Of a DNA stretch of 20,000 bases, positions 1 through 8,731 are shown one piece after another (the stretch's first letter is position 1; each line of letters opens with the position of its first letter). Both the position numbers and the translations under genes were made by a program. Below the pieces are notes generated by a model. That model was not told the DNA's origin. It ran no database searches and saw nothing but the letters and a program-made list of their open reading frames with translations. The DNA is taken from IMG/VR virus record IMGVR_UViG_3300009093_000007. One strand, 5' to 3'. This DNA is from an uncultured virus (IMG/VR IMGVR_UViG_3300009093_000007) (lineage: Duplodnaviria > Heunggongvirae > Uroviricota > Caudoviricetes).

Positions 1-20
1 TAAAGCCTGATTTTACCCTC

Positions 21-49
21 TTGACTGGGTCGCAACCCACTGATAGGCT
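21..49 (+). promoter_or_regulatory. sigma70-type promoter, probably leaderless
   Basis: TTGACT (21-26), 17 bp, TAGGCT (44-49). The ATG at 56 lies 6 nt after the -10 box with no SD. A small inverted repeat TGGGT-cgca-ACCCA (26-39) overlaps the spacer. Confidence 0.75.
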
Positions 50-55
50 CTAACC

Positions 56-316
56 ATGGCAACCAACGTACACGGCTACGTCTACCACAGCGGCGCCATC
101 GACCACCGTACCGTCTATACCCCTACCCCTTGGCAACGTAACCCGCTCAACATTCGCACCGACGCCGACGAGCCTATCCAATACTGGCGCGACGGCGATA
201 TGATTACAGCTGTATCATCGGCCGCCGCACAGGATCTAGTCCGTCGTGGCAAAGCGTTCGTTATCACATCGTACGCCATCGGCGCGCTAGACGAGAAAGG
301 AAGGTTGGCGTCATGA
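56..316 (+). CDS. hypothetical phage protein (86 aa)
   Basis: ORF directly follows the promoter and has an ATGA overlap with the next ORF. Confidence 0.75.
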   Translation: MATNVHGYVYHSGAIDHRTVYTPTPWQRNPLNIRTDADEPIQYWRDGDMITAVSSAAAQDLVRRGKAFVITSYAIGALDEKGRLAS

Positions 317-579
317 CTGATTTCACCATCGGCCCCACAGGCTACACACTACTCCCTAGGTCCACCGGCCACGTCGCCTTTGATGGTCCGCACGAATACT
401 TCATTTCACTCGGTGCAATCTACCGCGCACATACGTCCGACAGTGTCATCGGCGGCTCCGGCTACCGTCCAGCGCAATACGTCTGTACCACAGCCGACGT
501 CTACTACGACCGCCCTAGTGCAAATAGACTACCGCCTGAAACGATCCTCGAAGTCATCCGCCGCACGATGGACGTCTAA
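313..579 (+). CDS. hypothetical phage protein (88 aa)
   Basis: ATGA coupling to the upstream ORF and a GGAAGG SD-like sequence. Confidence 0.7.
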   Translation: MTDFTIGPTGYTLLPRSTGHVAFDGPHEYFISLGAIYRAHTSDSVIGGSGYRPAQYVCTTADVYYDRPSANRLPPETILEVIRRTMDV

Positions 580-615
580 ACAAGAGCTAACCACACTTAC
601 GCTCCACTTAACCTA

Positions 616-644
616 TTGACACTCTAACTGCCATGGTATACACT
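616..644 (+). promoter_or_regulatory. sigma70-type promoter
   Basis: TTGACA (616-621), 17 bp, TACACT (639-644), followed by CTAACCAT as in the first promoter. ATG at 654. Confidence 0.7.
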
Positions 645-653
645 CTAACCATC

Positions 654-977
654 ATGAGAACCGAGACCAAATCCGGCTGCTCCACCGTCACCCGCACGTC
701 TACCCCGTCCTCTTCGTGGATCTCCTCTCTCGTCTACGTCCGCGGCGGATCTCGCGGCCAGGACCGCTATCTTGCCATCATCCCATCCGACTGTGACGAC
801 TGTGTCCTCCTCTACGGCGGGCCTACGACCCCCATTCCGCCATGGCTGCCGGGGTTAATCGCTGCTGGGACCGGACGCAGATCTCCCGGTCTCGCTTACA
901 ACCGCCTAGTAAAAGGCAAATACGACTATACACGCGTGGACCGTGCGCAGTTTGAACGCGCATTGATGCACGTGTAG
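654..977 (+). CDS. KTSC-domain-like protein
   Basis: SSSWISSLVY...LYGG...SPGLAYNRLVKGKY matches the KTSC pattern (SS.I..vgY...S.G.y.n..ikg.Y). Start moved from 633 to 654 because 633 lies inside the promoter. Confidence 0.55.
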   Translation: MRTETKSGCSTVTRTSTPSSSWISSLVYVRGGSRGQDRYLAIIPSDCDDCVLLYGGPTTPIPPWLPGLIAAGTGRRSPGLAYNRLVKGKYDYTRVDRAQFERALMHV

Positions 978-1010
978 AGAAGTATCGAAACGGATTGAAG
1001 GAGAATAAAG

Positions 1011-1235
1011 ATGGAAGTCTACGACACAGGCCATTGGGCCTACCTCAGACATGACGGCGTGACACTCTTAGCAGTCACTCTGGACGGCGATTCTATCGAA
1101 GGCAAACGCGCACCGGATGCGGACGCCCGAGTAGCCCTACTCGCCAAACTCGGCGCGCTCTTAGTGGACTACGGTCACTTCGAGCCACTGTCCACAATAC
1201 CCATACAACGCAGTCCGGGACACTACTCGTCTTGA
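1011..1235 (+). CDS. hypothetical protein (74 aa)
   Basis: Strong SD AAGGAG upstream of the ATG. Confidence 0.7.
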   Translation: MEVYDTGHWAYLRHDGVTLLAVTLDGDSIEGKRAPDADARVALLAKLGALLVDYGHFEPLSTIPIQRSPGHYSS

Positions 1236-1292
1236 CATCGAATTAGACGGCCAAACAAACACAAAACCACGTTTATAGAGAGGTGTACGACA

Positions 1293-1856
1293 GTGTCAAA
1301 AATAAACCACGTCACCCGCGCCAAACTCCCGACCACATGTGACAAGTGCGGTGCCGACATCCCACCCGGCTCCCCTTATCAATGGATCAAACTTCGCTCC
1401 GGTAACAAACGCGCGCGGTGCGTCAAATTCTCTTGCCGCTTCCGTCCCACCGATCTCAGTACAGCCAAAACGGCCGTAATAAAGGAAGCTATCGAGGACG
1501 CTGAAGATCTAATCGCTACAGCGTCCGACTACGAATCTATCCAATCCCACCTCAACGACGTAGCCAGTATCGCTCGTGACGTAGCCATTGAGTACCAGGA
1601 CGCTAGCGGCGCATGGGCGAGCGGATCGAACGATGCCTTTGACGAAAAGGCCGACATATGTGAGAGTTTCGCCGATGACTTGGAGAGCTGGGAGTACACC
1701 GGTCCATGTGACGAGGACGAAGCGAGGAAATGTGCGGCTGAATTCGGTGAAGATGATGAGGACGAGATGTGGGATATTGCGCTAACGGAAATGAGAGAGG
1801 AAGCTATTAGCCTTCTCAAACGAGTTCTCAGTATAAAACCTGCATTTTGTGTATAA
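1293..1856 (+). CDS. phage protein with N-terminal Zn ribbon and acidic helical C-terminus
   Basis: CDKC...C-x4-C motif and a GAGGTG SD before the GTG start. Confidence 0.75.
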   Translation: MSKINHVTRAKLPTTCDKCGADIPPGSPYQWIKLRSGNKRARCVKFSCRFRPTDLSTAKTAVIKEAIEDAEDLIATASDYESIQSHLNDVASIARDVAIEYQDASGAWASGSNDAFDEKADICESFADDLESWEYTGPCDEDEARKCAAEFGEDDEDEMWDIALTEMREEAISLLKRVLSIKPAFCV

Positions 1857-1869
1857 GGGGGGTGGATGA

Positions 1870-2118
1870 ATGTTAGCGGAACATTTCTGGGCGGGTGTGG
1901 CTCGACATGGGCAGAATCCGGTTCGGCATGCCGTCGATACACCGATGATCCACGGTCTAGGCTATAAGGCATTATGTGGGGTACTTGTCGCCGGCTTGAA
2001 CGGTCAAAGGTTCGGAGAGAACCATCCGCGCGCATGTCCCAAGTGTATACGTCTCACACGCGGAGCTGTACAATCTACAACGCCCACATCCGGTGGCGAC
2101 GAATTCGGCAAGTTCTAA
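1870..2118 (+). CDS. small putative Zn-finger protein
   Basis: H..., ALCG..., CPKC ligand pattern. The ORF fills the gap between its neighbours. Confidence 0.6.
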   Translation: MLAEHFWAGVARHGQNPVRHAVDTPMIHGLGYKALCGVLVAGLNGQRFGENHPRACPKCIRLTRGAVQSTTPTSGGDEFGKF

Positions 2119-2151
2119 AGCCATAAAGGTGTGTCAAAAGGAGTGCTACCC

Positions 2152-3021
2152 GTGTGGAATTACATTCTCGGCTTCATCGTCACCATCACCATACTCCTAT
2201 TCGTCTGCTACCTCGCCGCTCTCTTCACCAGTCTACCTAGCCGTCTGCGATCTCTCTCTATAGCTGCCGACAACCACGACCAATCCACCCTAGCCGAGTG
2301 CCTTGTCCGTCTAGGGGCGCTATGGGAAGTAGGACTAGTCGACAATGCATTAGAAGCGTTGAACCGTGTAGATACAACAAATGAACCTGCCACGTATATC
2401 GACAATAACACCGTAGAATACCCTGTATTCCGTGACGGTTGCTTGGTCGGTTATCTATCCATTGTGCCGACCGAGTACCCTTCAATAGACCTCAGTGATA
2501 AGGTCAAGGTACAGCGTAATCGCTCGACGTGGAGAACGAATGCCACGGATGACGCCCTAGCACAACTTTCATCACACATCTTCCGGCTGGCTACCTTACT
2601 ACTCGCTATATCGTTTCTAAGCCCACCGGCCACATCCCAGGCGCAACAAATATTCACCCCATCCTCTCTCAGCCAGTACGGCCACATTGCCAGCCACATC
2701 GCCATACGCCCGGGCTCTTCCGTCTGTTCCATCGGCTATGTCGAATCCATTCACAACGAACGTGACGGCGACATTCATGTATGGCTGTGTGAGTCTCTAC
2801 CACCTCCTTCATCTGTCAAACTCACAATGGCCGACCGTCGCCACAATTGCATCTTAGGTGAGATAGTTCCATCTAATCCAATCCCACGGCCGACCAAACG
2901 CTCTCACGTCCTCATGTGCGGCAATTGGATCGATGAAGACATCGCGCACAAATGGACAGAGCTACACCCGGTTACGTCTATCGAATCCATCGCACCACAA
3001 CAACCAGCTAAACTCCGCTAA
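2152..3021 (+). CDS. membrane-anchored protein with C-terminal OB-fold-like domain
   Basis: SD AAAAGGAG before the GTG at 2152. N-terminal TM helix, a second hydrophobic segment (LATLLLAISFLSPPATSQA), and a C-terminal DGDIH...EIVP...G.W..D..H.W.ELHPV motif. Confidence 0.65.
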   Translation: MWNYILGFIVTITILLFVCYLAALFTSLPSRLRSLSIAADNHDQSTLAECLVRLGALWEVGLVDNALEALNRVDTTNEPATYIDNNTVEYPVFRDGCLVGYLSIVPTEYPSIDLSDKVKVQRNRSTWRTNATDDALAQLSSHIFRLATLLLAISFLSPPATSQAQQIFTPSSLSQYGHIASHIAIRPGSSVCSIGYVESIHNERDGDIHVWLCESLPPPSSVKLTMADRRHNCILGEIVPSNPIPRPTKRSHVLMCGNWIDEDIAHKWTELHPVTSIESIAPQQPAKLR

Positions 3022-3041
3022 TTATAAGGAGATTAAAATCC

Positions 3042-3383
3042 ATGCCACAGTCACACCCTGTCTCAAACCCAACCCCGTTCCGGCCGTTAAACGAGATCGA
3101 GTGCAATGCTATCCTACAGTGGGTCGACCGAGACAGCCACTTTCCGTATGAATACTTCAGAGACACTTGGTTAGACGAGATTTCTGTCTCATACCGCCGT
3201 CATCGCGGCAACTTCACCATTTGCACGTTATCATTCACCTACTGGCATCCCACTCGCGGCCTATGCCACGAAATCCGTACCGGTGCATCTCGCCGCCACG
3301 ACAAGGATTCGCCTAATCCACTCCGTGGCGAGTTAGAATCATTGCACCGCGCTATCGTCGCTAAACCGATTACGCTACCGTAA
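3042..3383 (+). CDS. hypothetical phage protein (113 aa)
   Basis: SD TAAGGAG and tight gene packing. Confidence 0.75.
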   Translation: MPQSHPVSNPTPFRPLNEIECNAILQWVDRDSHFPYEYFRDTWLDEISVSYRRHRGNFTICTLSFTYWHPTRGLCHEIRTGASRRHDKDSPNPLRGELESLHRAIVAKPITLP

Positions 3384-3397
3384 GGAGATCACATATC

Positions 3398-3787
3398 ATG
3401 ACACGTAACGAACGCCGATACGACTTAGCCAAAATGTTCGCCGCCGAATTCCTCCATATGGTCACACCTGGCACTGAGATACCGGAGTCTGATCTAGCTA
3501 AGGTATTTGCTAAGGAATCCGTGATCTACGCGGATGCCTTAATCGAGGCACTAGAAATGGAACCTACGACACCAACAATACAGGAGACGACACCGCTGCC
3601 AGTGGCCGCTATACTCGCTGACGTCTCTGTCGTACTAGACGGGTTCGAAAAAGGTATATTCATACGTGATACTTCACACGACAATGAACTAGGTTGGACC
3701 ATTAACCTATTACCGTATATCGTCGCCATGGCTAGGCTGTTTGATGCCGTAGATAACAACATACAAATAAAGAAAGTAGAGCCATGA
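3398..3787 (+). CDS. hypothetical phage protein (129 aa)
   Basis: SD TAAGGAG and an ATGA overlap with the next gene. Confidence 0.75.
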   Translation: MTRNERRYDLAKMFAAEFLHMVTPGTEIPESDLAKVFAKESVIYADALIEALEMEPTTPTIQETTPLPVAAILADVSVVLDGFEKGIFIRDTSHDNELGWTINLLPYIVAMARLFDAVDNNIQIKKVEP

Positions 3788-4254
3788 CGCCATTTGAGCT
3801 GTGGCTGGCAGGTAAAGGCCCGGAGCCTACAATCTATGCGCCGGATACCAGTATGGGCGACTATGAGGAAGACGGATTGGGTAACTTGGTACGTCGGTTT
3901 TGGCGCTGGAGACGCTACCGCCTTGACGAACCGGCCCCATCAGTCCCGAAGATCGATTGGATCACCCGGGAACGCCGTCACTGCCTAGAGCAGGCCGAAG
4001 CCGCCGAGGAGCAGCGGGCGGCGTTGGCACAGGCGGTCTACGCTCTCCCATTTCTTAGCGGCCGGCACCCGCTCCCGGATGAGTTCCGTTGCTTTATGTG
4101 CGGCGTGGAGTGCGCTACAAAACCGGACGACGGCTTAGCGGTTTGCGAAGAACATTGCCCTGATCACGATTACGTCTACGACCCCGATGAGCGACGTAAA
4201 TCGTGCCACTATTGTAACAAGCCGATACCGCTCGACTGGTACGACTGTGAGTGA
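3784..4254 (+). CDS. Cys/His-rich putative Zn-binding protein
   Basis: CFMC, CEEHCPDH and CHYC motifs, with ATGA coupling. Confidence 0.7.
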   Translation: MTPFELWLAGKGPEPTIYAPDTSMGDYEEDGLGNLVRRFWRWRRYRLDEPAPSVPKIDWITRERRHCLEQAEAAEEQRAALAQAVYALPFLSGRHPLPDEFRCFMCGVECATKPDDGLAVCEEHCPDHDYVYDPDERRKSCHYCNKPIPLDWYDCE

Positions 4255-4265
4255 AGGAGATCTAA

Positions 4266-4508
4266 ATGCGTTGCGCGCAAGTCATGGAACCTAATCCAAA
4301 TGGTACTAATGGTACTGTCGACCGCGAGGTCGACCAGACCATCCTTATCGTCAACGACAAGGAAACGGAAATCATCATCCGCGCGCTACATCTATATACC
4401 ACGTCTAACAAACGCTCAAAATTAGCACAACGTCTTCTAGCTGACACTGCTATCATACCAATGTCGCCGTCAACATATAGTCGTCTAATAGTAGACAAGA
4501 TTATATAG
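4266..4508 (+). CDS. hypothetical protein (80 aa)
   Basis: SD AAGGAG upstream. Confidence 0.6.
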   Translation: MRCAQVMEPNPNGTNGTVDREVDQTILIVNDKETEIIIRALHLYTTSNKRSKLAQRLLADTAIIPMSPSTYSRLIVDKII

Positions 4509-4545
4509 CTGTGTCCTCTAACAACTATTCACGATAGAGGAAAAA

Positions 4546-4674
4546 ATGGACGCTGCACACCCTAATATAGCTTACGACAGCAAACGTACTAAGTGGCGTA
4601 ACGATGAGCTGCGCAAGGCCGGCTACACGAAGGACGAAAATCAACGCTATGCGCACTGGAGGAAAAAGTCATGA
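4546..4674 (+). CDS. small basic hypothetical protein (42 aa, MDAAHPNIAYDSKRTKWR...)
   Basis: Not in the ORF track. SD AGAGGA, ATG at 4546, and its TGA overlaps the ATG at 4671 (ATGA). Confidence 0.55.
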   Translation: MDAAHPNIAYDSKRTKWRNDELRKAGYTKDENQRYAHWRKKS

Positions 4675-5063
4675 CGCTGCACGACAACGAGCACACGGCA
4701 ACTGCATCTCCTCTCAATTCCACAGATATCAAGTTCTATGCCATCCGACAGAAGAGTACAGGATACTTCCTCCCACACCACTTCCGGGAGTTATCGGGGG
4801 CCTACACGAAAGACAAGCCGCTCCCCAACTGCATGCCCCGTCCGTTTAAGACTGCGGCAGCTGCTAGGATAGCTCTCACGGCTTGGCTTAAAGGTAAATG
4901 GGTGCAGACAGAAGAATCTATCTATGACTCGTGCTATGATCCTCCCGAAAGAATCGAAAGAATATATATGCCGTCTCCCCCCAATCAATGGGATTTCAGT
5001 AGAAAGCCGTCTGATATGGAAGTTGTCGAGATTAGATTAGGCTCTATCCGTCCCGCCCCTTGA
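4671..5063 (+). CDS. hypothetical phage protein (130 aa)
   Basis: SD GGAGG. The FYAIRQKSTGYFLP-type N-terminus is typical of small phage proteins. Confidence 0.75.
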   Translation: MTLHDNEHTATASPLNSTDIKFYAIRQKSTGYFLPHHFRELSGAYTKDKPLPNCMPRPFKTAAAARIALTAWLKGKWVQTEESIYDSCYDPPERIERIYMPSPPNQWDFSRKPSDMEVVEIRLGSIRPAP

Positions 5064-5117
5064 CCCTAATGCCAACCCGTTCACACTCTCGTCCCACTCT
5101 CGCCGCGTCCACGCCTA

Positions 5118-5494
5118 ACTTATTCCTTATCCAGTGCCAGACAGAATACCCTACTCCATCTTCACAGCGATTGCCAATGTACTCTCTCACGTCCTGTTCT
5201 CGTCGGATTACCGCCTGTTGCGGCTTACTTATGCCTTATCGAGTGAATCGTCACGTGCGCTATCTCTTAGCGAATCGTAAGCGCGGCGGGCGGGAATAGG
5301 GCGATTTACGCCTTACTTACTTCGAACCATAGCTGAAGACTCATAACTACTGCGGTAGTAGGACAGACAGACTATAGGGGTGCTTGTCTTCTACTTAAAC
5401 ATGGTTTCCGCGCCGCACTTACGACTTATCCAGCGGACTACTGAATGCTGCTAGCAAGGCGTAAGTGGGTGGGGTCAGAGTGAGGGGCGTAAGT
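5118..5494. repeat. cluster of ~14-bp ACTTA-N3-CTTATC-like repeats (4 forward, 2 reverse)
   Basis: Forward copies at 5118-5131, 5227-5240, 5304-5317 and 5417-5430. Reverse copies at 5453-5466 and 5481-5494 are more degenerate. Confidence 0.6.
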
Positions 5495-5533
5495 TGTAAG
5501 AATTGCAAACTTGTAAAGCCTCAAAGTCACATC

Positions 5534-5563
5534 TTGACACATACCGTCGCCGCGTTGTAGGAT
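5534..5563 (+). promoter_or_regulatory. sigma70-type promoter for the AlpA gene
   Basis: TTGACA (5534-5539), 18 bp, TAGGAT (5558-5563). Confidence 0.55.
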
Positions 5564-5592
5564 TTGGATCGGAAAGAAAAGGAGACGATACG

Positions 5593-5784
5593 TTGTCTAT
5601 TTCACCGATAATCCGTCCCAACCGGGCCGCTAAATTGCTAGGCATTTCTCGCCCGACCCTATACCGCTGGGAACGCGAGGGGCGATTGGCTCCGAGAGTA
5701 ATACTAGGCCCACGTGTCAGCGGTTGGAAAGAGGAAGATCTCGCCGCCTTTATCGACGCGGGCGTTAATAGGAAAGGAAAGTAG
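5593..5784 (+). CDS. AlpA-family HTH regulator / excisionase-like protein
   Basis: IIRPNRAAKLLGISRPTLYRWEREGRLAPRVILGPRVSGWKEEDLAAFI is a classic AlpA pattern. SD AAAAGGAG precedes the TTG at 5593. Confidence 0.88.
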   Translation: MSISPIIRPNRAAKLLGISRPTLYRWEREGRLAPRVILGPRVSGWKEEDLAAFIDAGVNRKGK

Positions 5785-5894
5785 AGGTAACGTCTATGTC
5801 GCTGTCTGTGACGTAGCGTTTCGTGCAGGGTAACGTGACTAAGCAGCGTGGGAAATGTCCCGCGTTCGCTATTTTAAAAGAAAGGTGTAATTTC

Positions 5895-6179
5895 ATGGCA
5901 AAGATTCGTTTCGTATTAACGGCCGTCGTTCCGTCGCTCTTTGTGCTCGGTTTGTCGTCCACGGCGCACGCCAACTGGTATGACAACTGGTATTGCAGGG
6001 TGATCTCGGAGAACTGTCTCTCCTGTTGTATTCATAACGAGGAATCCTGTGAAGGCGCGGCGGCGAACCAGGTACAGAAGGATGCGTGCGTCGACTCTGA
6101 AAGTACATGTCTCGCGAGTTGCCCGACCGAGGGCGGTAGTCGGTGCGTGCCTGGCGTTGATCCGGGTTGCGGCGGCTAG
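5895..6179 (+). CDS. secreted cysteine-rich peptide (signal peptide plus 10 Cys)
   Basis: SD AAAGGTG before the ATG at 5895. Signal peptide MAKIRFVLTAVVPSLFVLGLSSTAHA ends in an A-x-A site. The 68-aa mature part has 10 Cys. Confidence 0.75.
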   Translation: MAKIRFVLTAVVPSLFVLGLSSTAHANWYDNWYCRVISENCLSCCIHNEESCEGAAANQVQKDACVDSESTCLASCPTEGGSRCVPGVDPGCGG

Positions 6180-6184
6180 ATATA

Positions 6185-6224
6185 GGGGTTGCTGCTGGGA
6201 CAAATCGCCCCGGCAGCAAACCCC
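6185..6224. terminator. GC-rich stem-loop after the Cys-rich peptide gene
   Basis: GGGGTTGCTGCTGGG pairs with CCCGGCAGCAAACCCC. There is no clear U-tract, so a terminator role is uncertain. Confidence 0.4.
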
Positions 6225-6319
6225 CTGGTCCGGTGGAACTAACGGCTATCGGTTGTGGTCGAGGTGTCTCACCGAAAACCGCTATAAGGAGGGTAAAGGT
6301 AAAATGATAGGCGACCGTA

Positions 6320-6733
6320 TTGGGTGTACGCCCGCCCGGCATAAGCAATTTCGACGTGCGCGTTTCGAATACCGCTCGCGGAATCGCTGGCACCGCTTAC
6401 ACTAAGGGTTCCAGCTACCACGATCGCGCATGTCCTTTTGTGGTGCTGAGGATCGGTAAAACAGGGTGGCCATCTGGCGAATTGCCCCCCCATCGCCCGG
6501 GCTATAGGGGCGTACCGTCTCTAGCGAATAAAGTGGAAGCGCTGGTGTTTTTGGCAGCGCACGAACTCCGGCATCTGTGGCAAGCGAGGGGGGTACGACG
6601 GGGTAGAGCGAAGGGATCGAGGGGCAGCGGAATGAGTGAATGGGACGCGGATACTTACGCATATGAAAAACTTGCCGAATGGAGAGCGGCGACTACCACA
6701 TCACCTCTGTCCTTACCCCATCTACTCAAGTAG
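6320..6733 (+). CDS. zincin-like (HExxH) metallopeptidase-fold protein
   Basis: LVFLAAHELRHLWQ followed by SEWDADTYA (downstream E..AD.YA). The start codon is uncertain. Confidence 0.7.
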   Translation: MGVRPPGISNFDVRVSNTARGIAGTAYTKGSSYHDRACPFVVLRIGKTGWPSGELPPHRPGYRGVPSLANKVEALVFLAAHELRHLWQARGVRRGRAKGSRGSGMSEWDADTYAYEKLAEWRAATTTSPLSLPHLLK

Positions 6734-6867
6734 TAGAATAGCAAATATTTGAAGGCAAGAGACAAATTGCGCTATCTCCGCGTGTCCGGCACAGCACAGT
6801 ATAAAATATATAACCCAGATAACGAAAGTAAAAACAAATGCGCGCTTTAGGTCCTTGTGTCTAGTGT

Positions 6868-8385
6868 CTACCACATCACCCCCGCCCTTATCCCGCTAAT
6901 ACCCAGCGTCAATTCATTATAAGCGATTGCGCTGGCGTCAACCCATTCGTCCTCGTCTTCGTCATCGCCTACAAAGTCGCACATTAGATCTATATATCTA
7001 GCGTTCCAAGGACCTCTCACTATCGCCACATTCCCGGCTTCACACTCGGCTCGGAAAGCACTCGATTTCGTGACCTTATCCGTCATGGCTACAGTCCACA
7101 TATAATCCCACCCAGCAAACGACCGCTTCCGACTCTGCACCACAGCGTCTCCGCTAGCGCCGGGTTCCCTTTCCTCTCGAATAGCACAGGCCCGGCCGTC
7201 TAGCTCCGCTAATTGATGCATGATCATATCGACGCCGAGGTCTGTCAGCCGTTCATCTTCATCACGGAACGCGTCCTCGATGTAGAATCTAGGGCTAGCT
7301 TTCGGATCGATTGTCATAGCGATTTTAACGCTACCGGTGTGGTCTTTCGCTTTCCCTGTCGCGGTGTCCCACCCTCTCACTCTCCGCACTCGATACGGCA
7401 CTTGATTGGCGTCTACGAATTGCTGGAAATACGACCGTTTGAATAATCCGCCGGCCAGTGGAATAGGATGTTGCTGTAATTGTGCGGCAGACCCGTATGG
7501 GCCTAGCTCTATCTCTAGTTCCCGCACCTTTTTCTCATCAAATACGCCTGGAAATAATAGCTCACCATCTACCGTTCGCCAGTCGCGCTTATCTGGTAGA
7601 ATAATTCGTGCCTTATCTGGATCGGTCGGGTCTATCCTTGCCGGCTCAAATCGCATAGGTAGGACTAATCGTTCCCACCCACCTTTGCTCATTAAATGTC
7701 CGCTGGGATCATCTTTATGTAGCCTCTGTCCAACGTTCAATACGACCGGGTTTAACCTTTGTCTTGTTGGCAGTGTGAAGTCCAGAAATCCATGCACCTT
7801 CTCGCGTGCCTTTTTCGATCTCGCTTCCTGCGCCTTCAACAAATCGTCTAGGATAATCCTATTAGGATGCTCGCCGGTAATGGCCCCTCCGACCGATGAC
7901 GCTATACGATATCCACCGGCCGAGTTCATGAACTTCTCTAACGCATTAGTCCCACGTGCCAATCTCACATCAAGGCTATCCCACCCGGCCGATTCCCTCG
8001 CGGATTTAATCCAAAACGATTCTCTATACCAGTCGGATTGGACTATCGCGCGTGAACAGGTATTATCCCGGATAGTATTGTCCGGTGCGTACGCCACGGA
8101 GATGTAGCGATATTGTGGCCGCTTAATCCATTCCCAGCACGGCCAGAAGACGTTAATGATCGATGACTTGCCACAGCCTGGTGGGATGTTGATATCCCAC
8201 TTGCGAGGGAGTTCTCCGGCCGATATGGACATTAATAGATCGCATAATACGTCTAGATGGCGACCCCATTCAAGTTTGCGGCCTTGTGAGTAGGGGTAGT
8301 ATTCCCAGGCACCGTGAATGAAATCGGGTAGCGAGTCCGCATACAGTGACGTGCGGAGCGAGGAGAGGGAGAGAGAGACAGGCAT
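6868..8385 (-). CDS. terL: terminase large subunit
   Basis: Walker A INIPPGCGKS, Walker B IILDD, QRLH..D motif, and RNase H-like nuclease motifs RGWDTA..DHTG and DEWVDA. Confidence 0.95.
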   Translation of the reverse strand: MPVSLSLSSLRTSLYADSLPDFIHGAWEYYPYSQGRKLEWGRHLDVLCDLLMSISAGELPRKWDINIPPGCGKSSIINVFWPCWEWIKRPQYRYISVAYAPDNTIRDNTCSRAIVQSDWYRESFWIKSARESAGWDSLDVRLARGTNALEKFMNSAGGYRIASSVGGAITGEHPNRIILDDLLKAQEARSKKAREKVHGFLDFTLPTRQRLNPVVLNVGQRLHKDDPSGHLMSKGGWERLVLPMRFEPARIDPTDPDKARIILPDKRDWRTVDGELLFPGVFDEKKVRELEIELGPYGSAAQLQQHPIPLAGGLFKRSYFQQFVDANQVPYRVRRVRGWDTATGKAKDHTGSVKIAMTIDPKASPRFYIEDAFRDEDERLTDLGVDMIMHQLAELDGRACAIREEREPGASGDAVVQSRKRSFAGWDYMWTVAMTDKVTKSSAFRAECEAGNVAIVRGPWNARYIDLMCDFVGDDEDEDEWVDASAIAYNELTLGISGIRAGVMW

Positions 8386-8731
8386 AGGATAAGTGGATCT
8401 TATATTTTTAATCTACTGCCTTGTAAGCGCACGACTTCAAGCATAGCCGCGGACAAGATATAGCAAGCGTCTTTTCTGATTTTTAGTGGTATGTCACGAT
8501 GCAATACAGTTGCGTCATGAGCATGTAGCAGAATTACAAAAGCGCTAGGTATAGTCATGTCTAACCTCAACTCAATATTTGTTATTCGCGATGCAGTAAG
8601 TAGTAGGCTGGTAAGAGAATTTGTTTTATCCAGATAGTTACTTCCTCTAGTCGTCTATTGTATTCGTCCGCACCGCGTTCGACGTAAGCTTTCTAGCGCG
8701 TCTAACACAGGATGTTTAGGCTTAATTTTAG

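Noticed and set aside
1529..2035. 168-aa - strand ORF and similar antisense ORFs over the accessory and structural genes
   Set aside because: They overlap better-supported genes on the opposite strand that have SD sites and tight packing.
5060..5299. 79-aa ORF
   Set aside because: TTG start, low-complexity composition and overlap with the repeat cluster. More likely non-coding.
7213..8107. + strand ORFs of 77 and 233 aa
   Set aside because: Antisense shadows of terL with no motifs or SD.
8361..8379. GA dinucleotide run at the terL 5' end as a phase-variation tract
   Set aside because: Short and imperfect, and it lies in an essential gene.
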